Shown piece by piece: positions 26,095 through 38,962 of a stretch of 64,000 bases of DNA. A program made the translations under genes and the position numbers. The DNA is from Vicugna vicugna (lineage: Eukaryota). How positions within the stretch are numbered: position 1 is the stretch's first letter; each line of letters begins with the position of its first letter. The DNA lies in the NCBI GenBank assembly GCA_013265495.1, contig MU058423.1, positions 7,946,721-8,010,720 on the forward strand, written 5' to 3'. The notes below the pieces were generated by a model that was not told the DNA's origin, made no database searches, and was given only the letters and a program-made list of their open reading frames with translations.

Positions 26095-26265
26095 CTCACT
26101 TTTTTTAATTTCTTTTTAATTTTATTTCAACCAGTCTTTCTTTTTGGGTTGAGGTGATTAGGTTTCTATTTTTTTTATTTATTTTAATGGAGGAACTGGA
26201 GATAAAACTCAGGACTCCATGCGCGCTAAGCACATGCTCCGCCACTGAGCTATACCCTCTCCCCC
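26095..26265 (-). mobile_element. tRNA-derived SINE (camelid Vic-1-like)
   Basis: Reverse complement gggggagagggtatagctcagtggcggagcatgtgcttagcgcgc..; same family as 7246-7427. Confidence 0.85.
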
Positions 26266-26434
26266 GTTTTCATTCCATTTTACTTCAGAAATGTCAACAA
26301 ATTTCCTAAATTACAAGTTGAATTTGCAAAAGTTAAACTAGTTAATCTCAGGTCCCCTTATGTTGTCTCAGAAATCTTATTTTGAATTTTCACAGCAAGT
26401 ATTTTCCTTGCGAAATGCAGAATTCATCTTAATC

Positions 26435-26965
26435 ATCTACCAGTTACTACTGCTGTGTAAAAAATCCTCCAAATCTTAGCAACTTAAAACAATGATTTTA
26501 TTTAACTCATCCAGGATTCTGTGAATCAGAAATTTGGGAAAGATATAGTGTGGCTGGTTCTTCTCTCTCCATACCAGGGACATCGGCTTGGAAGGATTGA
26601 ATTACTAGATCTGACTGAATCATTGAACTGAATTACTAGGTCTGACTAAGAGAACTTGGGGCTGGAGTCATCTAGTGGTGCTTTGGCTCAAATATCCGAG
26701 TCTTGGGGTGGGGCTGTTGACAGGAGCACTACACACAGCCTCTCCTTTCAGCCTGGGCTTCCTCACGACGTGGTGATCTCAGTGTGCTCAGACCTCTTAC
26801 ATGCAGGCATGATGAAAGCTCCAGTACCTTCTCTGACCTGGCCTCCTAAATCACACAGCATCACTTCCACTGAATTCTGTGAGTTGTGAATGAGTTACTA
26901 AGACCAGTCCCACTCCTCCATGAGAGAAATGTAAAGGAATTTGCAGACGTTTCAAAACCATCACA
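26435..26965. mobile_element. MLT1-like solo LTR
   Basis: cagttactactgctgtgtaa..gcaacttaaaacaatga..gggcttcctcac..catcacttccactg; internal ~20-bp duplication at ~26598-26648. Confidence 0.75.
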
Positions 26966-27024
26966 AACAACAAGAATTAAGTCCATCTCCCCATTTTTGT
27001 TCAATGGAAATAAAGTTTCAGTCA

Positions 27025-27335
27025 CACTAGGTAAATAAATTCTAGAGACCTGCTGGACAACACAGCGGCTATAATTAACAATGTGGTATTATACATTTCA
27101 AAATGTATTAAGAAGGGAGATCTCATGTTAAATGTTCTTGCCACAAAAACAAAACAAAACAAAAAACCTAAGGATGCAAGGGAACTTTGGGAGGTGCTGG
27201 GTTTGCCCATGACCTTGACTGTGGTGACAGTACTGCAGGTGTCTGCATATGGCCAAACACATCGAATTGTGTGCATTAAATGTGTGCAGTTCTTTCCATG
27301 TCAGTCATTCCTCAATAAGCCTTTTTTTAAAAAGC
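27025..27335 (+). mobile_element. L1MA-type 3' end
   Basis: ttctagagacctgctggacaaca..gatctcatgttaaatgttctt..ggaactttgggaggtg. Confidence 0.8.
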
Positions 27336-29265
27336 AGAAAAAGAATCCCACGATTTAAACTAGCCTCTTCAAACTAAGGAAGAATATTCACTACACAAAG
27401 AACCTTTCAGACTTGTTTAAGGCATTTGAATGTGGGCATTATATATCAAATTCTTATTTATTCTGAAAAGACAGGTAGTAGTGCTCTGATTTTACCTGGG
27501 CACCAATTAAACATTCTCAGAGAATTCAAACCTAATAAAATATACTCAACACTATACACAATAGGAAATCTCCTAATATGGCTACTGAAATTTTTCTGAG
27601 GACAATATCCCTAATGTCATTTAGAGTCATTTATACAAAAGTTCACATTAGGAATTCCTTTCAGAATCCAGTATCAAAGAAAATGTGTGTGCCTTTTAGA
27701 ATCAGTATGTGTCCTTTCTGATGAGCAGTATAACTGCTTTGCATTGAAAACTTGGAAGCTCAGAGCCAAAGGTTACTCTCCAATACAAACTTCATGTTAA
27801 CATATACAACTGAACACAAGCACTTCCTTCATTTTGCCCTTTTCTGATTTTCCTGGTTTTCATCTATCCCTATTTTATCGATCTTTCTGTTTATGTCCTG
27901 TATTATAAGAGATCTCAAGTCCTTTTAAGAAAGAAACAGGATATACTAAAATGGAAATAAATAAATATTACTTAACTTTAAGGTTATTTTGAACAGAATG
28001 TAATCTTTCTTTAATAATTTCAAATATTCTAACAGCTTATAATATCTTGGCATCAGTGTCATGAACACCTATTTTCTGTTAAAGTAGATTTGAAAGTTAG
28101 ACGAAATTAGGTTAAATCTATATTAACATTATGGCATACCTGGGAAGAGACTTCATTTTGAAGATTCTTTAAATCCACTAAGTATTCTCCATCTGTTTTT
28201 CTCATTAAAAACCATTAGAAGGCTGGAAACTTGAGTTTTAGTAACCTCTACCCTCCATCATTCCACAAAGAAATTTATCAATTTAATTATCTGGACCTCA
28301 GTTCTTTCCTCTGTGAAGGTAGAGAGTGGTCAAGAAAATTGGGATTTGGATTTCAGATAAGTTCAGTTTGGATACTGCGGGTGGGGGCATTTATTTATGA
28401 GATGTAGGAATTTTTTATCTATATGTTTAGACCCCACAAATACTTTGAGAAAATAAAATAGGGTTAGTTTTTCAAATAATAAAAAAAATGATTAAACATA
28501 CTTTTTGCATTACAATTTTTAGAATCCAAATTCACTGTTACTAGTGCTTAGTAGAAAATGTAAGATTTGCATATTCTTATTTGAGGTTATATTGTACACA
28601 GACATAAAAAAATTGTCATAAATATACCTTGTCTACAACTGACTGATGAGATTAAAAACTTCTAAGCAAATATAAAAAATTTTAGTATTTTAAAATAAAT
28701 ATTGGAGTCTCCTTATTATCAAAGCAAATCAGCTGATAAATTTTTATAGTTTTGACGAGTTATTCAGCAATGTGAAATGTATCTTTTTGCTTTATGTATA
28801 TAAGTATATGTATATATTTCCACCTTCATTCTCTTGGATATACAGTAGGATAAAATAGTTATATTTTTAATTTAGCCAAAGCCCTTTTCTTACTGTTGTA
28901 TATATAATAACTCATTTAATATTTTGAGGAATGACTTAGCATTTATTAGTCCCTTAATAGGGGAGCAGGATTTTGCTAACACCCTTCACTTCTCAGAAAT
29001 CTATAAGATTCTATTTTTATTATCTTTCAGTATTTCCTGAGTTTTGTTACTCCAATACTTATAAATATGGAATTGGGATTATATGTGCCTAAATTGCAAT
29101 TATCCATGCATTTTCCACCCTTCCAGCAGATTCAGAGGCAAATGGGTTTTATGATTCATATTTGTACATAGGACATTGGTCCAAAAAAGCAAGCAATGAG
29201 TGAAGAATCTTTGCTTTCTCTACGAAGAGATCCAAAATTTTCCTATGCCAGTTAAACAAACATAC

Positions 29266-29550
29266 AAAGATTCCTGAAATCATTTGAGTTGAAAAGTATT
29301 TGAAGTGATTTTGAGTCATCTTCCAAATCTCTTGCTCCTTGTTCTGTTCTCTTAATCCTTAAGTGGTGCAGTGTGAAACAGACTGAACCTAATGAGCAGT
29401 TATGGACCAAGCCCCATTTCACCACTGAAGCACCGAGCAAACAGAAATCTAGCCATCTGATTCAACGAGTCATAAAATCAAAATCAGAACTTTGGGAAAC
29501 TCCCAAGAATGGTAAACCTTGTGTATCTGCTGTCAGAGCGAGCCTTTCAT
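29266..29550 (-). pseudogene. Putative first coding exon of the IKK-like pseudogene (kinase N-lobe, beta1-alphaC)
   Basis: One frame from ATG at 29550 to a GTATGT donor, 95 codons with 6 stops: MKGSL*..HSWEFPKVL..VLQW*NGAWSITAH*..HCTT*GLREQNKEQEIWKMTQNH. Compare IKKb [51 protein letters not shown]. The Gly-rich loop is not recognisable. Confidence 0.45.
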
Positions 29551-32500
29551 TACTACCAAATATGTTTGTGGTCTATGACGAAATGCAGTGATGAAGAGCA
29601 CAAACCTAATTAGACAGATGAGCCTGCTATGAATCCGGGCTCTGCCACTAGGCAGAGTGGGTGGCCATTGTCCTGACATTTAACATCTGCCATCTCAGTT
29701 TTCACAGTGAAATCAGAAGAATAAATTCTGCTTCAAACATTGGTTCTAAGGATCTAATGAGGACATATAAAAATGCTTAGAACAATGCCTGCCACATAGG
29801 GTTGTGTTCCGTAAGAAGTTCCATACATATTGATGAAAATAGCATAGAGCTGTTAAATTGTTTTTTGCTCTCCTTCTCCATATCTTATGTAGAAAAAAAT
29901 ATGCATGGGATTGTACCATAAAACATCATTTAATGACTCTAGTTGAATGAGTCTGACAATATATGTCACTCAATTTATAAGGACCTTAAAAGTCTTAGAG
30001 AAAAGAAATGTCACAATAACCTTCACACCACAGTGACTTCCAGTTTGGTCAAGGGGTCTATCCTGGTTTTCTTGGGGTCATTCTGGAAGACTCCTTTCAT
30101 TCCCCAGGAACTTATTCATGAAAGCAGAATGTCTGGAACATACCACCTAGGACCTCTCTTCAGGATTTCATCACCATCAGCACTGGGCTAGAGCTATACT
30201 CAAACCTGCATTTGAGGCTAACTAGTAGCATCCTTTACAGATGATTTATTAGTCTGTAACATACTCCATTTTAGAAAATGCTAGATAAATATAGTATAAT
30301 TTTTAAAATAAAGTTTCCGTTATCTCTGTTAAAGACGGTAATCAGAGCTAATGACTGTTTATTAACCATGACATCTTCACACATGTCAATTTTAAGTACT
30401 ATTCAAATGTCTGATTTTTTTCCTAAGGTAAATACCAGGATGTTGACAAATACTTCACTAGAAATAAGCTATGCATGGAAGTAAAGAATACTCTATCTTC
30501 ATTTCAACAAACAAGAATTATTTAAAGCTGGATTCTAATGAGCAATGTAGCTTTGCTAAGTGGTTTACCGACCTTGGAGCTGGGTAAACCCAACGTGAGA
30601 AACTTACCAGGCTAAGCATCCCATGACCCGAGAACCTCCCTTCTTAGAAAACAGAGTGAAAGATCATCAGGGAGGAGACCAGGAGTCAACTGCATCCTTG
30701 ACAGATACTTAGTCCTCATAAGAAACACCATAGGTCATGTTGGTCTTGAACCCTGATATGAGCCAATATTCAGAAAGTTTCATTATTACTTTTCATTGAT
30801 AATGTTTTCTATAACCAGATGAGGTGGCCAGAAGTGTAAAGGCACAGTATTAACTGTCCCACCAAATTTGCCAGTTTTGGGTTGACTTATTAGTGACTGA
30901 TTTATGGAGCAGAGAACGGTGAATGTGATGCCAAGCTCATGGGCTACATGCTTCTATGGGTCAACTTTCTTACTTTCCAAATTTATATTGCACTGAAATG
31001 TAATCAGATGACTTTGAAATATTTTCCTTTGGTGACAACAAAACCCAGACAAAAGTTATATAGTTGTTATGATTGTGTCTTGTGAGTCCATCTTGTAAAT
31101 GCCCCATTAATTCTAAACCATCAATACTATGACTAGATGACAAGAGCTTCATTTATTATTCATACATTTATTTAACGATTATCTAATTGATGCAAGGCAC
31201 TGTTCTAAGGTAGATGAAAAAGTGAGCAGAATAAAGTCTCTGTATTCGTGAGTTTCTTATTCTAGAAGGAGGAGGCAGACAACAGTCATATATGCACAAA
31301 TGATAAAACTTCAGAGGAAAACAAAATAGAGCCATAAGAAAACATTGAAAGCTGTTGATGCTCTAAGTAGGGTTGTCAAGGAGGCCTCTCCAAAGAGCTA
31401 GCAATTTGACTGAGACCTAAATGGTAATATAGAGTCTGACACACCAGGGAGAAGAGGGTTTCAGGCATAGAAAACCACAATTGCAAAGCCTCTGACAAAT
31501 GTACATGCTTGGCTTGTCAGGAGCAGTGAGAAAGACAGTGTAACCACCACAGAATGAGAGCAGCAAAGATCCATTGGAAATGCCTCTTTCACTGTGTACA
31601 TGATAAAAATCTTTGGACTATATTCCAAAGACCATAGGAAGTCTTAGGAGAGTTTTGCAGAAAGGAATAAATGACTTGATAAACACTTTAAGAAAATACC
31701 TTTGGCTGCTGATTGGAGAACGGCCTTGGTGTTTAGGGATGGGGAAGACTATGGCAGTGGAAAGATCGACAATGGAGTAGAAGTGAGAGATGATGTTGAC
31801 TACACCAGTGTGGTAAAGATACTGAGAAGTAATCAGACTTGGGAAGTCATTTGAGACAGCACCAATAAGAATTATTGATGGATTATGTATGAGATGTTAG
31901 AGAAATTACATCATACAGCGTTAGGCCATAAAGTACTTGGTCACTGAACTACTTCTAGAAAGATAAAAAAAAATTTTAAAAAAACAAAAAACTTGACTTC
32001 TAGCAAGAAAAAGTACATAACCATGGATGTAACAGAGGGAGGCAGTGATGTGTTTTCTCTTTTGTTTGCATTGCTAAGAGTTAAGAAAAATTATACTTAG
32101 AGATCTCTGTGTGAACTGAGCATAGGCTAATCTGTTTAAGAGATAGCTTTCAAACCCTTCTCAAATGAAATTTACTGCTTCATTCCTCTGGTATTAACTG
32201 AAAATGCAAAATTCTCAGAACATATGTGGGAAGATATTGGATTTTCAAAGTCTAATTCTTCACTGGTTTCATCATAAAATCTAATCTCTAGATTTTCGGC
32301 CAATTAAAATGTTTTATCTTCATTTTCTCTTGAGCTTTTTGCTCTAGCAGTTGAATTCCAATAATTTTTGTATACAGTGCACACAACTGTTAGAAATGGA
32401 TTTTAAAATTGGCCATTTTCAGTGAAGCATTTGACTTACATCAGGATGTGAGAAGGTCACAGATTGTCAAACATGCCAACTACTGTTAATATTTTATTGA

Positions 32501-35359
32501 TTTTAGTGAAAATCATTTTCATCTGTGCTAAGCCTGTAGCTTATGGTGCTTCCTCAATCCAGACAGACCAGTTGAGAGCAGGGTACCATCATCCTGGTCC
32601 TTAACAGAATTGCTCTCACTTAATTGTACTTCGGTGTATAGCCATCAATCCATATTGAAGGTGATTACGAGAAACAGTCCTCTGAAATTTAGTCATATAC
32701 ATTTTCAGGATTTATAAAGGAGTTTGTTTATTATATCACAAGCAATCCTTTTTATGAAGTATTTCCCAGAAGATATTCTTGCCTGATCGGAATATTAAAA
32801 TTGGCTGCTAATTGTATTTTTGTGAAATAAATAATTTTTTTCTTATAATTGCTATGAGTCCTGTGATTCAATTTTCCTCTTTGCATAAGCTGTTAAAAAA
32901 TTCACAAGATGTTTTGGGTTACAGAGAAAATACTTAAATAATTAATTACAGTATGCATGTTACCATTTTTTCCTGATTTTTTTTTCCCCAGGTTTTATAG
33001 ATTCCCTGTTAAATTTATTTTATTTTACTTTTTAAACTTCTGGGAAAAAGTCAAGATTGGAAAAACTCCTTGATCTCTCCAGATCTCAGATTTCTCATTC
33101 TAAAGCTTGAAAGTTGGGTTACAAAACTTCCAAGAGTCTTTCCTTCTGTAATTGTGAATATTCAAATAGATGAAATATGGACTTCGGCTTCAGAGATAGG
33201 GAAAGAATTTTAGTACTCCTCAAATCCCAGTACAGAAGAATCTATTCACTCTGCCCACATATAAAGCCAGCTCTGCCTTCAGAAAATGGGAAATCCATTC
33301 CTCCCCTCTCCTGCTAGGTTGCAAAGTTACACTGATTAGAACTGTAATCTTTAAGCAACGTCTTTAAGTTCTTGGAACTTACGGGGTTCCTTTAGGGGAC
33401 TCCATATTTCCAGCAGTTTGTAACCTACTCCTAAGTGGTTTCGTTTATAATTGAACCCAAAAAAGTGGATAAAGAGAAAAATGTTTGGGCATCTGTCATA
33501 CATTTCAAGGGAGTGTTCTACTTTGGCTTGAACTATTGCCAGTTGCCTCTGTTTTCTATTTTGTGACTCCAGAAAATCATAAAGTAAAACTATTGCCCAA
33601 ACCAAATACTGACTCTCATCATGCCAAGCTACTGCAAACACAAAAAGAAAAAAAAAATAGGAGATGTAAATGAGCAAAAATTTGAAGGAAACACCGCTCG
33701 GTAAATCAAGAAGGAACTATAAAGAAATGCAGTATTTTTTAAAGCTACTTTATGCTGTGCCGATGCCAAGAGCTCGAATCGTGGCTGGCTCCAAGCTCTA
33801 ACTGTATTTCACTATCATATATATTCCACTTGGGGTTTTCAAAGTGATTTGCAGACTGAAAAATGTTGGGGACGATGGCTTCTGCATCTCCCATAGTACT
33901 GCAATCAGAGGGGAACTAAGAAACTGCGGGCCAACTGCCTTCAAGAAGTGTGCCCTCTACTACGTGCCTGGTCTTTTCTGGAGACTAATTATTGTTTTAG
34001 ACATCCCTGGCTTTTTCTCTGTGCCTTCTGTGAGCAGAATCTATTAAATTTCATGCCTTGGGATTTCTGCTCAACTTGTAAACTCTGTCATTAAGCCAGA
34101 TCTTTTCTTTCCCTGTTTTTGTCCTAGTCCCTGTGTCCTTCCATATAAGGAGTTCCTTTAAAAGTGAATGCCACAGCAATTAGTAAAAAGATTTTTAAAA
34201 ACTGTTCTCTTTCTTGGGATCACAATAAAGTAGTCAGATAAAATTTCAACTCCTGTTCCATATTTTTATTTGCCGTCTTTTCTTGCTGATTGTCCCTTAT
34301 TCAAGTCCAATGTTTTCAATTCTTTCATCGTAATATCACTGCAAAAGCAATGCCAAATAGCAAACTGAAAAACTACAGCATAGATGCCTAAACACTGACT
34401 CCACACCAATTTCTATTCATCACACACTTTTACTTCGATTTCTACATAAAATCTAGTAGAAGGAGATTGTCCACGTTTTATAAGGTGTGCAAATGTGAGC
34501 AGACTCTGTGTGTGGGGTGAGGAGGGGTGTATAAAACAGCTTATTAATCCTGACTTCCAGAATTGCTCCTATTTTCGAATTGGATTGATTATAGTAGAGT
34601 TTTCTGTCAATTCTTTCTACATGAGAATCTGAGAGGAAAAAAAAATCTTAGGATAAATCTCGGCTCAAATAAAGTAAATTCAGGGAGGTTGTTTTTAATC
34701 ATCTCCATATGAAACTTCAGTTTCTATCACATAAAATATTAGAACAGTGATGTTTCATATCACTAATAAATATGTAATTAACGAAGTGTAAGATTAAGAA
34801 TTGAGCAAGGCATCGTTACTGTAAATAACCTAGGCTTCCAAAAAAAACCCCTGAACTTCCTACTAAGCTTATAAAATGTTTCCAAAGAACTCTACTTGGA
34901 AACCTGCATCACTCATTTCCTAACTTTGAGATAATTTGGAGATACAAGACAAATCATTTTAAATTGCATGTTGCATAGTTTTCTCACCCAAAGTGGCTCT
35001 AAGATTTCTAGTTTTCTCCATTTTGCTTTTTTGTTGTAGAATTAAAATTTCAGGATTTGTATTTTAAATTCACTAAGGAATATTTTTTTTTAAATTTACC
35101 TTAACAAACGAATGCCTGTCTTGAATGTTGAATCAAAATCATCAGGGAGGTTTTATTTTTTTAATACAGATTCATAAACTAACTCCATGCACTATGATTC
35201 AGTAGATTCAGTACGTATGAGAAGGGTACAGAAATCTGGGGCTTTTATTCTATTTTTGCACCGTTAATTACATATTTCATAATATATTATATAGTTAGTT
35301 AATACATAATAATATAGTATATTAATTTTATATATAATATATTAATATCAGATATAGTA

Positions 35360-36125
35360 ACCCTTAAGACAAAGAGCACCAAAAGAGGTAAGATATTCAT
35401 AGTCATATATAAGAATGACTAAGGGTCATTCACATCAAAACCATAACAATCATAAATGTGCGTGTATCTAGTAAGAGTTTCAATATACACGAAGTAGAAA
35501 TGAACAGCACTAAAAACAGAAATAGATAAAGCTACATAATCGCAGTTTTAACACCCATCTCTCACCAACTGATAGAACTAATTTTAAATATCAGCAAAGA
35601 TACAGAAATTCTGAGCAACACTATCAACCATCTTAATCTAAATGACATTTATAAAACATTACACCCAACAACTGAAGAATATATTTTCTTTTCAAGTGTA
35701 GATGGCATATTCAACAAGATAGAAATTATTCTGGGAGAAAAACTGAATTAGAAGTAAATAACAATAAGATGCCTAGAAAACTCCAATAATTTGGGAGGAT
35801 GAAAACAATTTTTAATTAAAATTAAGTATTAATACTTAATTAGTATTAAAATGTAAGACTTGAGCTAGAGTAGTACAGAGAAATGTGGTTTTTAAAGCTT
35901 AAATAGAAAAGACATAAAAGGTGTAAAATCAATGACCTTAAGTTCAATTTCAAAAAGTTGAAAAAAGAAGTGCAAAGGAACCTCAAAGTAAGCAGAAAAC
36001 AGTCAATAAGAAAATAGGCAGACAATAGAGAAAATTAGCAAAGCCAATTTGCTGTTGGAAAGATCAACAAGATTGATAAACCGCTAGGCATAATTAAGAA
36101 AAAAAAAAAGAAAAGACACAAATCA
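35360..36125 (+). mobile_element. Old L1 ORF2 (endonuclease region) fragments
   Basis: ..gacatttataaaacattacacccaacaactgaagaatatattttcttttcaagt..aagatcaacaagattgataaacc. Confidence 0.75.
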
Positions 36126-36994
36126 TGTTTAAACCTCAACTTTTCGAAATTCTATCAGTTGAAATATAGCCATATTTATGTTTGGATGTGAGAACTGCTC
36201 AATTAATTAATTGTGAAAGCTGTTAATTTTATGTACAAAACAATAGCTATATTGTGAACCTAGATTGACAGTTAATACAAATATTAAAAGTTCGTTAGCT
36301 AGCCATCTTTAAAAATCATTATATTCTTTTGAGCCCTAAAATACGTATGAATATTTAAATAATAAAATACAGAAAAATAAAGATTAGATTATACCTAATG
36401 CTAATGTTTGTAAATTTATTTGTTGTGCTGGTATTTATAACACTAAACAAAATAACATAAGAACTGAATTTGATGCTTAGTTTTTTAATTCAATTTGCGT
36501 TCTAAAAACTTCAAGAAAAAGTCCTATTAGAGAATTATTCATATCTTTTGAGAAAAAATTCAAAGTAGATTATCTGCTTGCCTCCTTGAAATTTTCTCAT
36601 GGAAAAAAATCCCATAAAGTCATATGTCACAGTAATCATAATAAAGCCTTCAAATTATACATAATAAGGAATATAAGGATTATAAAGACAAGAGAAAAAT
36701 GAGACACTACAAATGTCCTCACTAACTAAACTTTAAAACTACAGACTTCACCATAATGCTTTTTTAAAAAGGCACTCCTGAAAGTTCTGAGTGATAAAAA
36801 GTTATAAATCCTAGATGTTAATGTCAAACTTTTAAAAAGAGATCTCATGAAAGTTTTAATAATGAAATTGTAATAATGGTAAACATTCTAAATAAAATGT
36901 CAGATAAATTTTTTAACCATCTTCAGCCAAAAGACAAATTTGGTGCACTTCTAACTATAAATCTCACATTTTGATTATCCAATACTTTATTCTT

Positions 36995-37885
36995 AAGTTC
37001 GATATTTGCAGATACTTATTACTATATATTACATAAACAAGTTTCTTCTGTATAGCATAGGGAACTATATTCAATATCTTGTAGTAACCTATAATGAAAA
37101 GGAATATGAAAAGGAATATATGCATGTATGTGTATGACTGAAACATGATATACACCAGAAATTGACATAACATTGTAAACTGACTATACTTCAATAATAA
37201 AAAAAAAAACTTATGAAAAAACAGATATGCAACAAGGATATATTGTATAGCACAGGGAATTATCACTGTTATCTTGTAATAACATAATGGAGTATAATCT
37301 ATAAAAATACTGAATAACAATGCTGTACACCTGAAACTAATATAATATTGTAAATCAGCTATCCTTCAATAAAAGCATATTCTTTTAAATTCTGTTAGAT
37401 TCATAGTATGGGGAGTATAGCCAATAACACTGAAATATCTTTGTATAATGACAGATGGTAACTAGCCTTGTGTTGTCCATTTTGAAATGTATAGAAATAT
37501 TAAATCACTATGTTGTACACCAGGAAATAACATAGTGTTATAGGTCAAAAACTCATAGAAAGAGAGATCAGTTTGTAGCTACCAGAGGTAGGATATTGGG
37601 AGAGGAGTAACTGGGGATGTAACATACCACATGATATAAATATAATTAACTCTGCTACATGATATAAATTAAAGTTATTAAAAGAGTAAATCCTGAAAGT
37701 TTACATCAGAAAGATAATGTTTTTCTATTTATTTAATTTTGTATCTATATGAGATGATGGATGTTCACTAAACTAACTGTGGTAATCATTTCATGACGTA
37801 TGTAAGTCAAATCATTATGTGTACAACTTAAACTTATACACTGCTGTATGTCAATTATATCTCAATGAAACTAGAAGAAAAAAGT
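36995..37885 (+). mobile_element. Stack of L1 3' ends
   Basis: Repeated tgtatagca(t/c)agggaa..tgtacacc(t/a)g(a/g)aa..aataaa modules. Confidence 0.85.
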
Positions 37886-38089
37886 CTAAGTTAGCAATAT
37901 CACTATGAATTCTGATCATGAAACTAAACTTTTTAGTGACAAATTGCACTACTTTGATAGTTACCGGTTAAGCATGTTTGTCCTTACATGACAGGTGACA
38001 TTTTTAAATTTTATGACAATACTCAATGTCTGCATTTATCCTGAATATCTGCAAAGAAACACATAAAGTCAAGTCAGTATTTATTGCCT

Positions 38090-38962
38090 TGTGAATGGGG
38101 GAAAATTAGTGTGTTTTTCTCAATACACTCTACTCATTAGTCATTCTTAATACTTCACTTCTGGCTACCAAATGCTTGGGTATTTTCTGACACCAAGCAA
38201 CTTTCCAGTTCTCTGCAGACACTAGCTGGGTGTCCTACAATGTAACACAATTTTGACACTATCCACTTGGATATAGCTTCAGATTCCACAGGTTGAGGGC
38301 TCAGTCCCGCAAGATTTCTCCCACTTCAGATGGCAATTGCAAGGCCAGGTTGTCACCTGTGCTTCCCACAGACCAGTTATAACTGGAGATCCCCACCACC
38401 CCATCCTTGACTTCAATAATGTGCTAGGACTGCTCATAGGACTCAGGAAAGCACTTTACTTAATATTACCCATTCATTATAAAGGGATACAGCTCAGGAA
38501 CAGCCAGGTGGAAGAGATGTACAGGGCGGAACAGGCGTTGAGTTTCCAAGCCCTCTCTGGACACTGCACCCTCCCAGCACTTCCAAGTATTCAGCAACCT
38601 GGAAGCTCTCTGAATCCTGTCCTTCTGAGTTTTTATGATGGCTTCATTATATAAGAAGGATTAAATCCTTGGCCATTAGTGATTAAATTGATCTCCAACC
38701 TCTCCCCTCAACCCCCCGCCCCAGGGGGTAAGGGGAAAAGGGTGGGGGTCTGCTGAAAGTTCTCACCCAATCTAACCATTTGGTTGGTTCCCACAGCAAT
38801 CAGCCCCCATCCAGAGGCTATTCCACCCAGCCACCAGTCACCTCATTAGCATACAAAAAGGCACTTACCACTTCTGAGATTCCAAGGGTTTTAGGAGCTG
38901 TGAGCTAGGAATCACCTTGGCTGAACATCAACATATTTATTTATTATATTACAACATCACAC
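38090..38962. mobile_element. MER21-like ERV solo LTR
   Basis: TG..CA bounded; ctagctgggtgtcctacaat..gacactatccac..cagattccacaggttgagggctcagtcc..cattagcatacaaaa. Confidence 0.8.

Larger units (their letters stand above)
6000..29550 (-). pseudogene. Degraded multi-exon pseudogene of an IKK/TBK1-family Ser/Thr kinase (kinase + ubiquitin-like + scaffold/dimerisation domains)
   Basis: Manual minus-strand translation gives colinear IKK-like motifs across AG/GT-bounded segments: GGSL..LLHRP/TCCHL, HL*P..NIFL, YLNNFCKA, AP..QRPYT, KCITGFTFL, E*FKAF/VPQRGG, FSELDGLANK..IMEITGIS, DYSKRIL*GQ, QLKAEL..IDVLSYQEQ, ELFGLL, RQKE/QKEVSYLLQLLKC. Many in-frame stops and frameshifts. Confidence 0.8.

Noticed and set aside
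28139..28222. Exon-like segment (PSN/FLMRKTDGEYLVDLK) with a CAG|GTATGC donor
   Set aside because: Its acceptor lies in MIR-like sequence and its position is out of order for the catalytic loop.
29290..29345. GARDLEDD in ORF 29252-29440, resembling TBK1 GAARELEDD
   Set aside because: Wrong position in the domain order; another frame of the same DNA fits alphaC.
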